Assembly: GCF_009914755.1 (NCBI RefSeq)
Contig: NC_060941.1
DNA from: the human T2T-CHM13v2.0 reference genome, Homo sapiens
DNA length: 64,000 bases
Strand: one strand, 5' to 3'
Within the stretch, counting starts at the first letter, position 1. Every line of letters starts with the position of its first letter. A model generated the notes under the pieces. That model worked only from the letters and a program-made list of their open reading frames with translations. It had not been told where the DNA came from and did not search any database. A program made the position numbers and the translations under genes. Positions 1-21,202 of the stretch are shown here, piece after piece.

Positions 1-29
<29 letters not shown>
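1..29 (+). repeat. poly(A) tract, probably the tail of a retroelement upstream of the window
   Basis: 29 consecutive A at the window start. Confidence 0.7.
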
Positions 30-31
<2 letters not shown>

Positions 32-134
32 ATAGTTGGATTTCAGAGGATTGTTTTAACCTCCCATTTTTGGTGTTTGTGATGGTGGTAGATGGTCATT
101 TAACTTAAAAATAAATAAATAAATAAAAAATAAA

Positions 135-463
<329 letters not shown>

Positions 464-1030
464 TCAGAAGCTGTTAGAACACATAATGGATTCTTACGAC
501 AAAATCTAGATAAATTTGCATACCAATTTTGAAAAATTATATATAAAATATGTTTAGTAATGTACATTTCTTTCTGCTAAAAAGCACTAGTTTTTCTCTA
601 CAAAAATGCATTTTTAAATTAATGTCTCTCTGGTACACAGGAATAAAATATTTGTCCTTGATCTGTGTCATTTCCTCATTTTAAATTCACCAAATAGTTT
701 ATTTTAGGTGTCATTTATTGCTTTATTTTAATAAATACTGAAAATGATTAACCACATTGTAGAAATACCCAACTTATGAACTCATGAATATTGGGCTATG
801 TTTTAATATGTAAATTATGTTTAAAAATTAATCTGTTTCTTCAAAACATTAACTTGCCTAAGTGGTTTAATTGAATACCATCAGACTCTGTTATAATCAG
901 GACAGCTCAGAAGAAGAGAACTAAATTAGAGAGAAACCCAGAATGGAAAATAAGGGAGAGTTTAATGCTTAGAATAAAGAGTTAGAAAAGAGGAGGTGGG
1001 CTATAGGAATCTTTAATAAGAAGATTATAG

Positions 1031-1320
1031 GGCTGGGTGCAGTGGCTCATGACTGTAATCCCAACACTTTGGAGGATGAAGCAGGAAGATTGCTTGAACC
1101 CTGGAGTTTGAGACCAGCCTGGGCAACATAGCAAGTCCCCGGCTTTACAAAAAAAATTAACCAGGCATGGTAGTGCCTGCCTGTACTCCTAGCTACATGG
1201 CAGGCTGAGGAAGGAGGATCCCTTAAGCTCTGAACTTGGAGGCTGCAGTGAACCATTCAACCACCATTGAACCCCAGCTTGGGTGACAGAGTGAGACCTT
1301 GTCCCCCCACCTCAAAAAAA
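1031..1320 (+). mobile_element. Alu (AluJ-like)
   Basis: GGCTGGGTGCAGTGGCTCATG start, two arms, A tail. Confidence 0.92.
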
Positions 1321-2009
1321 TCATAGATATGCCCAAACATTTTGCTCTTAATAGCATAATTAAGATATTTTTATTTTCAATGCAAATTTGTAATCTTAAA
1401 TTGAAAAACTTTATGAACATTGAATTATCCGTGGAACTCAAAGGAAAAAGGATCACTGTAATTTTATATTTTACAGGAGAAAAGATTTCTTGAACTTTTT
1501 TGCTTTGATCTATATTTTGTCATTTCATTGAGAGTAGAAAAAGAATGCATCACTTTTTATAAACAAAATATTTTTCTTTTCTAAATATGACACCAGTATG
1601 AAACTTACCCAAGGTGTTTAAGTGTTTAAAATGTAAACTGAAGATTTGATTGTTATTAAAGTATCATTTTACCTGTTGGCTGAGAGGATTCAGCATAGTG
1701 CGAGGGAGTGGGAACAAGTACCTATAAGTATACATAGGGCAATTAATAACTGTTGAAAGAATGATAATATCCTGTTTCTCAAATAAACAGAATTTTACCT
1801 TACTACACAAAGAATTTAATTCAATTTAGTCTATGGAGTTTCCTACTAGAATATAAGCTCCAGACTTTCTTTTGCTCACCATCCTATCCTCAGTACCTAG
1901 GATACTGAATGCTTAGGACATAGAAGGTTTTCAGAAAGTACTTAATGAATAAAATATATGCTTAACACATTTTTTATTGTGGCAAAATATACATCACTTA
2001 TTGGTTTGA

Positions 2010-2813
<804 letters not shown>

Positions 2814-2999
2814 CTAATTTATGTTTTACATAGCGTTTTGTTCTGATTAGATACAAGCCATATGCTCATTATAGGAATTTTTGAAACTATGGGGAAAAAG
2901 AACAAAACTTACTTGTATTTTGCCACTCCAAAGAGCCATCCTTTAGGAATAGTTTTCTCTATTTCTTTTTTTCTATTCAAATATAACTAAATTGAGATG

Positions 3000-3008
<9 letters not shown>

Positions 3009-3043
<35 letters not shown>
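3009..3043. repeat. (TA)n microsatellite
   Basis: Direct reading. Confidence 0.95.
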
Positions 3044-3048
<5 letters not shown>

Positions 3049-3257
3049 ATTGTGCCCTGCTTTTTTCCTTCAACACTTTCAAGTGAGCACTTTTTAAAAT
3101 CATTAAACGTTCCTTGAAAACATAATGTTGAAATGTTAGTGTGATTTTGCTCAAAATTCACAGTAGGAGATATATTTTATTTTGTGATTAAGGCCACATG
3201 TACATATTTAATTGTATCAAAAAATTGTAAAACAGTATTAAGGGTAATGAATTCTGA

Positions 3258-3561
<304 letters not shown>

Positions 3562-3929
3562 TGATATTATCTGTTGTATTTTATTCTTTAAAATATGCTT
3601 GTTCCATCCCTTTGAAGTGATTTTGTATTTCACTAATGGATTGCAGCCTGAAGTTGGAAAAATGTCTCTTGTATGAATATTCTGTAATTCAATTATGACC
3701 CTTTTATTGGACAAATTTGGTTCAGATTTTTGCCAGTAGATGTATTTAAAAGTGTATGTGACTGTATTTACAAAAGTAATTAAGGCTGACTGTAATAAAT
3801 TATTCCCAAAGTGCTAAAATGTAAGTCTTCCTTATCAGTTTGTTGTATATTTTTTCAGATTTTTGTATGCATTCATTCACTCTCTATGTCAATATCTATC
3901 TTTACACACTTTTTTTTCCTAAACATAAT

Positions 3930-4930
3930 GTGATTATTCTACTACAACTTTAAATTTTTTAAAAGTGTATCATGGCTGTCTTTTCAGATCAACATGTAAA
4001 GATTTACCTCATTCTTTTGTCTGCTGCATAGTGCTCCGTTACAGGTGGATCATAATTTAACTTTCCCATTATTAATGAAGATTGTGATGCTTCCAATTTT
4101 TTGTGTTACAAAGAATGCTGCAGTGGCCATTCATATATGTAGATCTTTTTGCATACCTGCGTATATTTTAGTAGAATAGATTTTCCTGGAATTGAGGTTG
4201 TTGAAATATAGGGTATGCATGCTTAAAATCTTTTCTTAAATTCTTCAACTTATCCTTCAGAACATTTATATCATTTACCTCCAACTCCAATAGTATATAT
4301 AAGAAAAAGGCTGGATGCCATGGCTCACGCCTGTAATCCCAGCACTTTGGGAGACCAAGGCAGGTAGATTGCTTGAGCCCAGGAGTTCGAGACCAGCCTG
4401 GGCAACATGGTGAAACCCTGTCTCCACAAAAATTAGCCAGGCATGGTGGCACACACCTGTGGTCCTAGCTACTCAGGAGGCTGAGGTGGGAGGATCACCT
4501 GAGGCTGGGGAGGTCGAGCAGTAGATACTTTCAATTTTAATTTTTGCCAATCTGATGAGCAAGAAAGATACATTTGATTTGAATGTATTGGCTTGGCATC
4601 TTTTCACATGCTTATTGGTGTTTTATATTTCTTCTGTGATTTGCTTGTTTATATCTTTAATGAACTTTTGTATTTTTATTATAGATTTGTGGGAAATCTT
4701 TATGTATTATGGATATTAGCCACTTGAGTATCATGTGTTACAAATGGCTTCTCCCAGTCTATAAGATGTCTTAAAACTTTACAAGAGAATCTTTTTCTAT
4801 ATAGAAGTTAAAATTTTTGTACTTGGTCACATTGGCTAATTTTTTTCTTTATGGCTTCTGGGATTTGTATTATGTTTAAAGGGTCTAACTGACCTTGCCT
4901 ACCTACTGTCTTCTATGTTCCTCTAGATAT
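3930..4930 (-). mobile_element. old L1 (L1M-type) 3' fragments, interrupted by an Alu
   Basis: Degenerate L1 3' motifs such as TTTTTGCCAATCTGATG and CTTTTCACATGCTTATTGG. Confidence 0.6.
4309..4518 (+). mobile_element. Alu, 3'-truncated
   Basis: Left arm plus partial right arm, no tail. Confidence 0.9.
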
Positions 4931-5208
4931 TTATAGCTTTTTATGTTCATTGGGAATTTTTGTATTGGATACCACCACGTATAAATAGTTCAAATTGATA
5001 TATCTAATTATTACTTCTGATAAGTAAATAATTCTTTTAATTAGAAAGATTGAAAAGTTTGTGAAAGGAGTTTTAATTTTGTCAAAATGCTTAAATTGAA
5101 ACCTGGAAGTCTATAATGGTAAATATAGTTGGCTAAGGCATGAATATAAGATTTATAAAAGATTGGTATAATGGTAGATACTTTTTGGATAGGAAAATAT
5201 TTAAATAA

Positions 5209-5522
<314 letters not shown>

Positions 5523-5701
5523 CAAAAGTGCAGATTTCTAAGCAGTCTTCATGGCCAACCAAATTCATTTGAATTTAACTATGGGTGTTTCACAAATTCT
5601 TGCCTTGCTGACATTTTCGTCTTAGATTGTAAGGGAAAAAATATATTTGTATGAGAAGTCTTGAGGGATATACACCAAATTATTAACAATGATTTTTTTG
5701 G

Positions 5702-6023
<322 letters not shown>

Positions 6024-6475
6024 TCAGATTTTTGTAAACTTTTTTACTTATTATGTTTTAAGTTTTTTTTCCAACAAAAAATGTTATTTGTTTAGTAAAT
6101 ATAGAACAGATAAAGGATTAAATGAAGGGTACTGTTGCTCTGCATCTATTTATAGCCAATGAGGAAGAATTGCTTGGTGGGTAGGAATGATAGAAACCTC
6201 TGGAGACAAAGTGACCAGATTATTAAAGTTTGTGATAGCTAGGATGGAGAATTCTAGAAGGAGCCACATACACATATTGTCTACATGGTAGGAAGAAGGC
6301 TTTAAAAAAATTGAACAAAAAATAAGTAATCATGACCTTATGAGCTAAGACTTGGAAAATTGGGAAACATTAAAACATAATTATATAATTATACAGTTAT
6401 AAATTATAACAATGAGTGTTTTTTAAAAGGCAAGTGCAACTAAAACTACTGTGACTTCACTTGCAACAATCTTAA

Positions 6476-6793
<318 letters not shown>

Positions 6794-7744
6794 TTAACTC
6801 AGGTTTTATAAAGGATATTTATAAAAGATGAATATAGAAAAGTGACAAACATAAGTGTGGCAGAATAATTAAAATTAAGAATTAACAGATGTGAGGAATA
6901 TATTAAAGATAATTTTAAAGATTTTAGAATTATATTCAGAAACAGGAATATGGAAAATGTATGCTTTTTTAATACTAACAGCTCCTATTTTGTTTCCATA
7001 TTTTCCATCAAGGAGAATAATATTTATTCTGTAAGAACAACAACAAATCACTTAGTAAAGTAGAATTAAAGTCCAATATAGGTGAAATTAAGAAAGTATC
7101 TTAACTACTCAATATGACTTTGTTTTCTAACCTGAACTAATTATATCTGAGATTGCTATGAACTTGTAGGTAAGAAAGTTCAACTTTGAGGAATTATTGA
7201 GAATAGAAAAATGCCAGAGGATTGGAGGTAAGCAATGAGTAAGGACTTTGACAGCATGATGATCACATTCAGAAATGACAAAGCTTGATGGACCTTCATG
7301 CAAACAGTAAAAATAATTTGAAAGTCTGTAGCAACAAGGAGTTAACAGATTGGTTTAAATAAGTATAACTAAATATATAATCCTGAATTTGGGTTGGAAA
7401 AAACCATTTGAAAGAAGAATTGATGAAGGATAAATAGCCTAATAGGAGCATTTATGACAAAGGGAATTTTATTGTTGATAAACTTAATTGTGAATCAGCC
7501 ATAAGATTTGCCTGCCAAAATTTAATTACTGTAGTTTTTTGAATAAAGGAGGTTGGTTAGGCCTGGACTTGGCATGTATCCAGATTTAGGTACTACCTTT
7601 GAGAAAATTGGCGTATGTCCAAATGACAGCAGTATCAGCCCTTTCTCATGTGGCAAAAGAATTAGACTTAATCTAGCCATAAAAGCAGCTCTGGGACATA
7701 AGCCCAAAAGAAGGAAGAATTTTCTAGTGATTAGAGCTGTCTAG

Positions 7745-8405
<661 letters not shown>

Positions 8406-8457
8406 TTGTATAGTGTCTGAATGAAGCTAGTTTACTGCTTTAGTAAGAATGTTATAG

Positions 8458-9340
<883 letters not shown>

Positions 9341-9365
9341 GAATTTTTAGAAGAATAATATAACT

Positions 9366-9366
9366 T

Positions 9367-9401
<35 letters not shown>

Positions 9402-9537
9402 TTTTGAGACAGAGTCTCACTCTGTTGCCCAGGCAAGAGTGCAGTGGTATAATCATAGTTCACTGCAATCTTGAACTCCCAGGTTCAATTCTTCTGCCTC
9501 AGCCTCCCAGAGTAGCTAGATGTACCACACCTGGCTA

Positions 9538-9575
<38 letters not shown>

Positions 9576-9690
9576 GAACCAGGATCTCTTTATGTTGCCC
9601 ATGCTGGTCTTGAACTCCTGGCCTCTAGTGATTTTCCTGCCTCAGCCTCCCAAAGTGCCGGGATTACAGGCATGAGCCACCTTGCCCAGC
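9366..9690 (-). mobile_element. Alu (AluJ-like) with (TTTA)n tail and (TA)n in the linker
   Basis: Antisense Alu arms, TSD ATAACTTTTATTT, (TA)n at 9541-9572. Confidence 0.9.
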
Positions 9691-9750
9691 CATAACTTTT
9701 ATTTTTTATAAAAAATATAATAAAAACTATGGAAGATAGGAGAGAAAGTA

Positions 9751-10806
<1,056 letters not shown>

Positions 10807-11159
10807 TAATGCATAATTCTGCCACCGTTACACAACTTCCATATTATTGTTTTTGTTGTTGCCTAATGTTCATCTGCAGTTTATACATAATTTAATAATT
10901 AGTCCCTTATTTTGAATATTTAAGTTTAATATTTATTATTTAAATAACATTGCAATCATAATCTTTGTGCATAAGCTATTAGCTTTCTATTGCTTAATTT
11001 TCTTTGACACATTTCTGAAAGGATTTCTTCTAAACATATATTGAAAACCACTAGGGGTTAGTTACATAATTTTGATTTTGAAAATTCTGAAGTAGAGGGT
11101 GTTAAATAAATTGGCCCATTTAACATTACAATAGCAGCTGATGCGGACCTCTGGCTGTG

Positions 11160-11325
11160 GGTCAGGCAATGTGCCAAATAGTTGTGTGCATAATCATATT
11201 TAGTTCTTACTCAAATTCTATTAGATAAGGAATTCAAGGCTCAGAAAAGTTTGATAACTTGCCCAAAGTCATATAACTAGTAAATGGCAAAGATGGCATA
11301 CAGGGCTGTGTGACTCTCAAACCTC
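11160..11325 (-). mobile_element. MIR
   Basis: AGGCTCAGAAAAG...AACTTGCCCAAAGTCATATAACTAGTAAATGGCA is the antisense MIR core. Confidence 0.8.
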
Positions 11326-11708
11326 AGTGGCTCCCATACTGGACATAAACAGTTATGATGGCAAGATTCCCACAGTAATACATTAGATTAAATATTTTGT
11401 ACAGAAATTCTCTGAATACACATGACTTAAGTACTAATGCATTATTGGCCCAAATTTTTCTTTTTTTTCTTTTCTTCTTTTTTTTTTAACCCACAGCTAA
11501 TATGATAGCTTAATATTTGTTTGGTAAAAATGGAAATCTAAAAATGGATTTTTCTCTGGAGATTTAATAATTCGTTATTCTTGGACCCATGGACTAATCA
11601 TTTTGTATTATTTCCATGTGTGTAGCACTTACCATTCCAAAGAGTCTAGAGAGTATACATAACCATACAGAAGTTGTTTCACTTATGAGTACTTTAGTAA
11701 AGAAATGG

Positions 11709-12035
<327 letters not shown>

Positions 12036-12058
12036 TCAGAGTTTTCTTTAAAACATGA

Positions 12059-12409
<351 letters not shown>

Positions 12410-13319
12410 TAAACTCTTTCTTTCCTTGATTTTCATCCAAAGAGTTAGAGTGTATACAGATTAACAAGGTGACTGGAGGTATTTGTATGCCCTTGACAGA
12501 AGAGTCACTTCAGTCTGCTACAACGGTACTCTTTCACTACGGGTATAGTTTCACATACTATTGTGAGGGAAGAAGGTACATTTACTTAGCAGAAGCCATC
12601 CATTTTATGAAATGCCAATTCCCTGAATTTACTTCTTTTAAACTAGTTTTAGTTGATCAGTTTTCATCTTCTTGGTAACATTTAAAAGAATGTTCAATTT
12701 GTTTCTGCTCCAATTATCTGCTGCTGTTTAGGAGGAGGTGGACAGAAAAGAATTTCTCATATTCAAGGATATAATAGCAATGAACGTATTTTTTGTCAGT
12801 GCAGAATTTAAAGACTAAGACTTTAAGTCTGATCCTCTTCCTTTTTCTGCCGCCTCAGTCTCTGGCAACAATAGCAGGGAGTTAGGGCAGACAAATTGAA
12901 CATTCCTTTTCATGCTTTATACAGATTGAAACTGATCAACTAAAGAGTTAAAGAAGTGAATTCAGTGACTTGACCTTTACTTGAAATGATTTTTAATAAT
13001 TTTAGTCAGTGATCCAGAACTCACCTAAGCAGCCAGATTAGCTGAGTTAATCCTAATAATGAATTGACAGATGCTTCAGTTACACTGCCTTCAGATCCTC
13101 AAAATTGAGAATATTCATAATGGCATATCACAAAATGGACTATCAAGCCTAATACATAAAATGTACATCTGTTTTGGACTGAAAGATTGACTAATAAAAG
13201 CAATTAAGTGATCTTTTCTCTAGAAGTTTGTTTATACTGACTTCTACACCTCCAGCTCTACACTGTTACCAGAGCTCAAGCCCGTAATTCTAAGAACATA
13301 AGAAACATTTTACTTTTCA

Positions 13320-14092
13320 TTTCAGTATATCCAATAAAGATTCTGCCTTGTTCCACATCAAATAGCACCTCTTTAGGTTTCTTCAGGCTCATACCTCATT
13401 CTTTTCCATCCCACCCCTATTTAGTTATTCATCTATTTCTGTCACTTTTTCCTTTGAAACATGTCTCAGATTTAGTCTTCATTCTTGCTGCGGCCACCCC
13501 AGTTCAGTCTTCATTACTCATTGCCTTCTAACTTTATTTTTCTGATTACATTCTTCTTTCTAGTAGTAGGTTAAATTTACACTGCTTTCATCATGTGTCT
13601 CCGTGAGGTAATCCCAGGAGCTCTGCAAAATTCACTAGCTAATCTCTGACTTAACATAGGATGTAGTATCAGAAGAATCAGCTATGATCCACTAGTGCTT
13701 TTCTTGCTCACTTGACAGCTGCCTGCTATTTGAACAAAAGGCATCTTTATTTTCATTCTTTCTTAGATGACTCTCCGATGTGATCCTTTGCACATATATA
13801 TGGATCACATCTGAGAGTCATTTATATATATATATATATATAAAATGCAAATACCTGCCTATTATTACCTTTTGATGTGACACACAAGAACACTGTTGCC
13901 TGTGTCAGACATTCAGCAAGCATTATAGTTTAGTCCCATAATCTCATTTTATCAAGAAGCCTAATTTTGTAGGCTTTGGTTGTCTCATTCTGCCACCAGA
14001 AAGTAAATTTCTTGAAGGCAGGCACTATAGAATTTTCATTCTAGCACAATTTTTGACAGTTTTTATGCATTTTTGAAATTTTTATTGAATAA
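13320..14092 (+). mobile_element. L2 remnant
   Basis: Pyrimidine-rich L2 ORF-end similarity and 3' motif TTCTTGAAGGCAGG...CTAGCACA...TTGAATAAAT. Confidence 0.55.
13823..13842. repeat. (TA)n microsatellite
   Basis: Direct reading. Confidence 0.9.
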
Positions 14093-14196
14093 ATAAGTTA
14101 GTTGAGCAAATATTTATTGCATTTATTGAGGGCTTACTCTGTTCCAGCAACTGTGATGATGTAAGCAGCACTGAAAAGGAGCAGATATGGTTCCTT

Positions 14197-14433
14197 AGCG
14201 TGATCATAGTTCATTACAGCTTCAAACTCCTGGGCTCAAGGGATCCTTCTGCCTCAGCCTCCTGAGTAGCTAGGACTACAGGTGTATGCCACCATGCCTA
14301 GCTAATTAAAATTTTTTTTTTTTGGATAGCCAGGGTCTTACCATGTTGCCCAGGCTGATCTGGAACTTCTGGCCTCAAGCAATCCACCCACTGTGGCCTT
14401 TCAAAACTGGTGACATGAGCCACTGTGCCCAGC
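14197..14433 (-). mobile_element. Alu (AluJ-like, partial)
   Basis: Antisense Alu arms lacking the tail end. Confidence 0.88.
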
Positions 14434-14498
14434 GCGGCTCTTGTCTTGAGTTTATGATCTAGTGAGAAAGGCAGGTATTAAACAAATACATGGCCAGT

Positions 14499-15331
<833 letters not shown>

Positions 15332-16319
15332 TTTTGGTTATCTAACCAGAATGTAAATTATCAGATTATCAGATTATGATAAATGCTATAATGGACATGA
15401 ACAGGAATAAAAGGAAAACCTAATTTAGATGATTCGGAGATGGCAACATACAATTGTTTAATAATGTTTTGTCTTTCTGCTCAACTCTGCATTTGGTGAG
15501 AGCAGATACTGTCCTATTTTTAACTGTGTCCCCAGCACGTGGCATATATGCTCAATATCTTCTGAAGTAATAACGAAGACCTTTTATTAGTGTCTCAGAG
15601 AAGTCCGTAACTCCAAAAAGGTTAAGAATTACTTTATTAACAGCAAAACTTTCCTCTTTATCCACTTGTATAGGAATACCACATCCTACCCAAGCACAAA
15701 ATTCCAGGTTTTCTGGACTGAATACCTACACCCAGGATCGATGTGAATAGGGCAGTATTTTCCTGCCAGAGGTTATAGGTGATGCCTTTGAGTTTTGGGG
15801 ATTTAATCATAATGGGCTACATCACATGTATGGAGGTTACGCAGGTAATGAGAGGGACTGGGGCCAAGGAGCACACAGATGAGTCTACTTAATGGAAGAA
15901 AACTAAGCCTCAGATGAAGTCTGTTATTCTATAAATAGCCTCTGTATTCCTTAACCCTTTTTCCTGTTATTCCTTCCATGAACTTTCTGCTTAATTTCTT
16001 TCATTTTAATGTGTTTCAGGGACTGATTCTCCTCTAAGGTTGCACCTAACACTTTTCTTCCTTGCCCATTTCTTCCCTATACACCATTCTTATTCCCATC
16101 TTTGTGTCTTTCTTATTATGTGTTTCTCCCATTTTCTAGGGTATTTTTCCTTCTTTCTGCTTATGTAAATTTAATCTTTTGGGAGTATTTTAAGTTTACT
16201 TCACTGGAACTTTCCTTGAAGATTCCAAGTTAAATATGCCTCTCCTTCCTGAGCTTCTATTTTACTTATTTGTTCCCAGGACATGACTTTTGTCATATCC
16301 TTTTGTATCTTGCCTTATA

Positions 16320-16727
<408 letters not shown>

Positions 16728-16779
16728 CATATCATAATTATATAATTTTTCAACTCTTTCCTATGTAACATGGCTATAA

Positions 16780-17126
<347 letters not shown>

Positions 17127-17410
17127 GAATTTTACTACTTTTTAAGTGGGTGTTTAATAATTATGTTGGCTTGATAGATGCTCTGCTTTTCTTTTTTATT
17201 CCATTTGAACTTGACTCTCTAATTCCTCTTGAATTTTCCTGATTTGTTATACTCCCTTCTTCATCTTTTAACCTTGAATCTTTGTTATTTCCTTCTTTGC
17301 TGATTCCCATGATCTTTCTGTCTCTACTACATGTATATGTAATATATGCACACAAAGATATATACTACTACATATAATACACTAACATCACATTTTAAAG
17401 TAATTATTAA

Positions 17411-17734
<324 letters not shown>

Positions 17735-17926
17735 AAAATATTTGTTATTATGTTTATATAGTGATAAAGTTAATCTACATCTGAGATCTGGAATATAAAT
17801 TTTACATTAAATACAATATTACTTGTTTATATCTGTACAATTCTGTATTTACAAGGTCTCAACATCTATTTTATCCACATCGATAAGTAGAATTTAATAC
17901 TTCTATATAAACTGTGTATATACCAC

Positions 17927-18456
17927 TTTTATTTTATTTTGCGACAGGGTTTCACTCTGTTGCCCAAGCTGAAGTGCAGCAGCGCAATCTTGGCTCACTG
18001 CAACCTCTGTCTCCTGGGTTCAAACGATTTTCGCATCTCAGCCTCCTGAGTAGCTGGGACTACAGGCATGCACCACTGTGGCCTGATCTCAGCTCACTAC
18101 AACCTCCGCGTCCTGGGTTCAAGCAATTCTCCCTGCCTCAGCCTCCTGAGTAACTGGGATTACAGATGCCTGCCACCACACCTGGCTAATTTTTGTATTT
18201 TTTAGTAGAGACAGGGTTTTGCCAAGTTGGCCAGGCTGGGTATAAACTCCTGACTTCAGGTGATCCGCCCACCTCAGCCTCCCAAAGTGCTGGGATTACA
18301 GGCAGGAGCCACCATGCCTGGCCAATTTTTAATTTTTTTTTAGAGACAAGGTCTCCCTGTGTTGCCCAGGCTGGTCTCAAACTCCTGGGCTTGAAATCCT
18401 CCTGCCTCGGCCTCCCAAAGTGCTGCGATTACAGGTGTGGGCCACCATGCCTGGCC
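17927..18456 (-). mobile_element. composite of three antisense Alu pieces
   Basis: Right arm, near-full Alu and left-arm/FLAM pieces in series. Confidence 0.88.
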
Positions 18457-18911
18457 CAATTTATTATTATTTATTTTTTGAAGTATTTTATGTTATTTTT
18501 AACTTTTAGCTTCAGGGGTACATGTGCAAGTTTGTTATATAGATAAATTGCGTGTTGTGGGGTTTGGTGTACAGATTATTTCATCACTCAGGTAATAAGC
18601 ATAGTACCCAATAGGTAGTTTTTCAATCTTCACTCTTCTCCCACTCTTCATCTTCCGGTAGGCCCCAGTGTCTGTTGTTTCCTTCTTTGTGTCCATGTGT
18701 ACTTGATGTTTAACTCCCACTTATAAGTGAGAACATGCAATGTTTGGTTTTCTGTTCCTGTGTAAGTTCGCTTAGGATAATGGCCTTGAGCTCCATCCAT
18801 GTTGCTGCAAAGGACATGATCTCATTCTTTTTTATGGCTGCATAGTATTCCATAGTGTATATACACCACATTTTCTTTATCCAGTCTACCATTGATAGGC
18901 ATTTATGTTGA

Positions 18912-19322
<411 letters not shown>

Positions 19323-19499
19323 TAATGGGATTGCTGGGTCAAATGGTAATTCTGTTTTAAGTTCTTTCAGAAATCACCAAACTGCTTTTCACAATGGGTG
19401 AATTCACTTAGATTCCTGCTAGCAGTGTGTAAGTGTTCCCTTTTTGCCACAACCTTGCCAGCATCTGTTATATTTTGACTTTTTAATAATAGCCATTCT

Positions 19500-19929
<430 letters not shown>

Positions 19930-20166
19930 TCATATCCTTTGCCCACTTTTAAATGTTTTGTTTTTTGCTTGTGAACTTGTTTACGTTTCTTATAGATTTT
20001 GGATATTAGACCTTTGTCAGATGCATAGTTTGCAAATATTTTCTCCCGTTCTGTAGTTTGTCTGTTTACTCTGTTGACAGTTTCTTTTGCTGTGAAGAAG
20101 CTCTTTAGTTTAGTTAGATCCCTTTTGTCAATTTTTTTTGTTGCAATTGTTTTTGGAGTCTGATAC

Positions 20167-20648
20167 TGTCACCCAGGCTGGAGTGCAGTGGCACAATCAT
20201 GGCTCACTGCAGCCATGAACTAAGCTAGCCTCTTCCTTTAGCCTCTGGACTGGCTAAGACTACAGATGCATGCCACCATTGCTGGCTAATTCTAAAATTT
20301 TTTGTAGAGACAGGGTCTCATTATGGTTCCCCAGGCTAGTCTCGAATTCCTGGCCTCCCATGATCCTCCCTCCTTAGCCTCCCAAAGTGCTAGGATTATA
20401 GGTGAGAGCCATCCTGCCCGGCTTGGTTTTTTCCCATGGCACTTTATTTATTTATTTAGAGACAGGGGCTCACTCAGTAGCTGCGACTACAGGCATGTGC
20501 CACCAAGCCTGGCTAATTCTTGTATTTTTGTAGAGAGAAGATTTTGCTGTGTTGCCCAGGCTGGTCTCAAACTCCTGGGCTCAAGTGATCTACTTGCCTT
20601 GGCCTCCCAAAATGTTAGGATTACAGGCGTGAGCCACTGTGCTTGGCC
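20167..20648 (-). mobile_element. two AluJ-like antisense pieces
   Basis: Alu arms with internal deletions. Confidence 0.85.
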
Positions 20649-20902
20649 TCTATGGCACTTTAATTTGACATTGACCTTTATCTTTTAATTAAGTATTATT
20701 TACTTTTGTTTTTATTCTCCAGCATTTATATAAAATTTTTGAGGCATATGGAAAAATTGTAGGCATTGAACAGTGAACACCCATATACCCACAACTTTGA
20801 TTCTACAATTAATGTTTTACTGTATTTGCTTTATCACATCTTCTATATGTTTATACATCATTCTATCCATTTTGTTTTTGGTTGCATTTTAAAGTAAGCT
20901 GT

Positions 20903-21202
20903 GGCCAGCCATGGTGGCTCACACCTGTAATCCTAGCACTTTGGGAGGCTGAGGCGGGTGGATCACCTGAGGTCAGGGGTTTGAGACCAGCCTTGCCAAC
21001 ATGGTGAAACCCCGTCTCTACTAAAAATACAAAAATTAGCTAGGTGTGGTGACGGGTGCCTATAATCCCAGCTGTACTTGGAAGGCTGAAGCAGGAGAAT
21101 CACTGGAACTCGTGAGGCAGAGGTTGCAGTGAGCTGAGATCACGCCACTTCACTCCAGCCTGGACAGGAGCGAAACTCCATCTCAAAAAATAAATCAATA
21201 AA
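20903..21202 (+). mobile_element. Alu (AluS-like)
   Basis: Full sense Alu, TSD TAAAGTAAG. Confidence 0.93.
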
